From Eubacteriales bacterium (GTDB lineage: Bacteria > Bacillota > Clostridia > Oscillospirales > CAG-382), in the NCBI GenBank assembly GCA_045657245.1, contig JAZOSQ010000034.1, forward strand, positions 2,555-66,554: a stretch of DNA of 64,000 bases, written 5' to 3'. Position 1 is the first letter of the stretch; each line of letters begins with the position of its first letter. The notes under the pieces are model-generated. The model worked only from the letters and a program-made list of their open reading frames with translations. It was not told the origin of the DNA and searched no databases. Position numbers and translations under genes: made by a program. This document shows, one piece after another, positions 62,618 through 64,000 of this stretch.

Positions 62618-64000
62618 TAGCGTTCAACTTCCTCCATAATATATGCTTCGAGAATATCGCCGATCTTGATATCGTTGAATTTTTCAAGACCGATACCGCA
62701 TTCGAACGACTGAAGCACTTCCTTCGCATCGTCTTTGAAACGCTTGAGCGATGCAATCTTGTCTTCATAGATAACTATACCGTCACGAACGACACGAACG
62801 AGAGAGTTTCTCGTAATCTTACCGTCCTGAACGTAAGAACCTGCAATAGTCCCGACGTTGGGAACGTGGATCGCATTTCTGACTTCCGCGTGACCGAGAA
62901 CGTTTTCTCTGAACTTCGGAGCAAGCATACCCTTGAGAGCCGCTTCGATTTCTTCGATACAGTCATAGATGATACGGTAGGTACGAATATCAACCTTATC
63001 TCTTGCCGCCATATCGATAGCGTTCTTGTCGGGACGTACGTTAAAGCCGATGATGATTGCGTTGGAAGCGTTTGCGAGCATAACGTCGCTTTCGGTGATA
63101 CCACCTGCAGCCGCGTGAAGCACGTGAACCTTAACTTCTTCGTTCGAAAGCTTCGCAAGACTGGATTTAACCGCTTCCGCAGAACCCTGAACGTCTGCTT
63201 TGATGATGATGTTGAGGTTCTTAATACCGCTTTCGATCTGGGAGAAGAGGTCGTCGAGGTTGACCTTAACGCTGTTCTGTTCTTCTTCCTTTTTCTTCGC
63301 TTTACGCTGTTCAGCAAGTTCTCTTGCCATTCTTTCATCGGCAACAGCGTTGAATACGTCACCTGCTTCGGGAACTTCGGAAAGACCCATAATTTCAACA
63401 GGAACCGAAGGACCTGCTTCGGTAAGACGTCTGCCCTTATCGTCGGTCATAACTCTGACTCTACCAACAGCGTTACCTGCAATAATAATATCGCCGTGCT
63501 TGAGAGTACCGTTCTGAACGAGGAGGGTTGCAACAGTACCCTTGCCTTTGTCAAGACGTGCTTCAACAACAATACCCTTCGCCGCGCGGTTGGGGTTTGC
63601 CTTAAGGTCGAGCATATCTGCAGAGAGAAGAATCATTTCGAGAAGCTCGTTGATACCCTGTTTGTGAAGTGCAGAGATCGGAACACAGATGGTGTCACCG
63701 CCCCATTCTTCGGGAACTAGGTCATATTTTGTAAGTTCGGTCTTGACTCTGTCGGGGTCTGCACCGGGACGGTCCATCTTGTTGATTGCAACAATGATGT
63801 TAACACCTGCCGCTTTAGCGTGGTTGATAGCTTCAACCGTCTGGGGCATAATACCGTCGTCAGCCGCAACTACGATAACTGCGATATCGGTGAGGTTTGC
63901 ACCGCGCGCACGCATAGCGGTGAACGCTGCGTGACCGGGGGTGTCAAGGAAGGTAATATCTCTGCCGTTGACAGAAACTCTGTATGCACCGATGTGCTGA
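62617..64000 (-). CDS. infB: Translation initiation factor IF-2, 5'-partial (continues beyond the window end)
   Basis: The frame stays open from 63915 to the window edge and reads [34 protein letters not shown] (G-domain), followed by NKMD and the IF-2 C-terminal domains. Confidence 0.95.
   Translation of the reverse strand, partial: QHIGAYRVSVNGRDITFLDTPGHAAFTAMRARGANLTDIAVIVVAADDGIMPQTVEAINHAKAAGVNIIVAINKMDRPGADPDRVKTELTKYDLVPEEWGGDTICVPISALHKQGINELLEMILLSADMLDLKANPNRAAKGIVVEARLDKGKGTVATLLVQNGTLKHGDIIIAGNAVGRVRVMTDDKGRRLTEAGPSVPVEIMGLSEVPEAGDVFNAVADERMARELAEQRKAKKKEEEQNSVKVNLDDLFSQIESGIKNLNIIIKADVQGSAEAVKSSLAKLSNEEVKVHVLHAAAGGITESDVMLANASNAIIIGFNVRPDKNAIDMAARDKVDIRTYRIIYDCIEEIEAALKGMLAPKFRENVLGHAEVRNAIHVPNVGTIAGSYVQDGKITRNSLVRVVRDGIVIYEDKIASLKRFKDDAKEVLQSFECGIGLEKFNDIKIGDILEAYIMEEVER

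Noticed and set aside
1-64000. tRNA, rRNA, tmRNA, SRP RNA, RNase P RNA, riboswitches, transposases, prophage or defence genes
   Set aside because: All intergenic spacers longer than about 60 bp were read on both strands. None shows tRNA cloverleaf signatures (for example GTTCGAATC-type T-arms) or a leader long enough for a riboswitch, apart from the repeat-filled 46.4-46.9 kb spacer. No ORF carries integrase, transposase or phage motifs. This is by-eye inspection only and is not a substitute for tRNAscan or Infernal.

Overview
This window is a chromosomal, mostly housekeeping segment of a Firmicute of the class Clostridia. I call 61 CDS, two of them truncated by the window edges. I found no rRNA, tRNA, CRISPR array, transposase, integrase or phage genes.

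The conserved blocks are: dnaE-whiA-murB, alr, DUF1385-prmC, trmH-like, dprA-topA, plsX-rnc-rSAM-smc-ftsY, rdgB, cdaA-cdaR, recJ-relA-dtd-hemZ, the yabM-like flippase/mazG/hup/yabO/yabP/yabQ/divIC/yabR sporulation-division block, hpf, a clpC-like gene, ylxM-ffh-rpsP-KH-rimM-trmD, uvrC-rsmD-coaD, and infB-rbfA-nrnA-truB. A small secreted dockerin-like protein hints at a Ruminococcus-like cellulosome-type organism.

Most intergenic spacers hold clear Rho-independent terminators (often bidirectional between convergent genes) and several near-consensus sigma-A promoters.

I do not see a multi-gene accessory or defence island. The signals not explained by the standard features are:
1. A cluster of four GTAGG-headed hairpin units in the 500-bp yabR-hpf spacer, two of them forming a 77-bp tandem duplicate. 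It resembles REP/BIME elements.
2. A second palindromic element present twice in the window (1346-1398 and 47427-47470). Each copy starts 2-3 nt after a stop codon and sits in front of a terminator.
3. A solo MazF/EndoA toxin gene with conserved catalytic positions, no adjacent antitoxin ORF, and a 41-nt hairpin upstream.
4. An HPr-like protein with Cys instead of the catalytic His15 but with Ser46 retained.
5. A WhiA about 90 aa shorter than usual.
6. A ClpC-like ATPase lacking the middle (M) domain and the ctsR/mcsAB context.
7. An orphan ParB/Noc-like gene next to truB.

All family assignments come from motif recognition by eye. No database search, folding energy or alignment statistic could be run.
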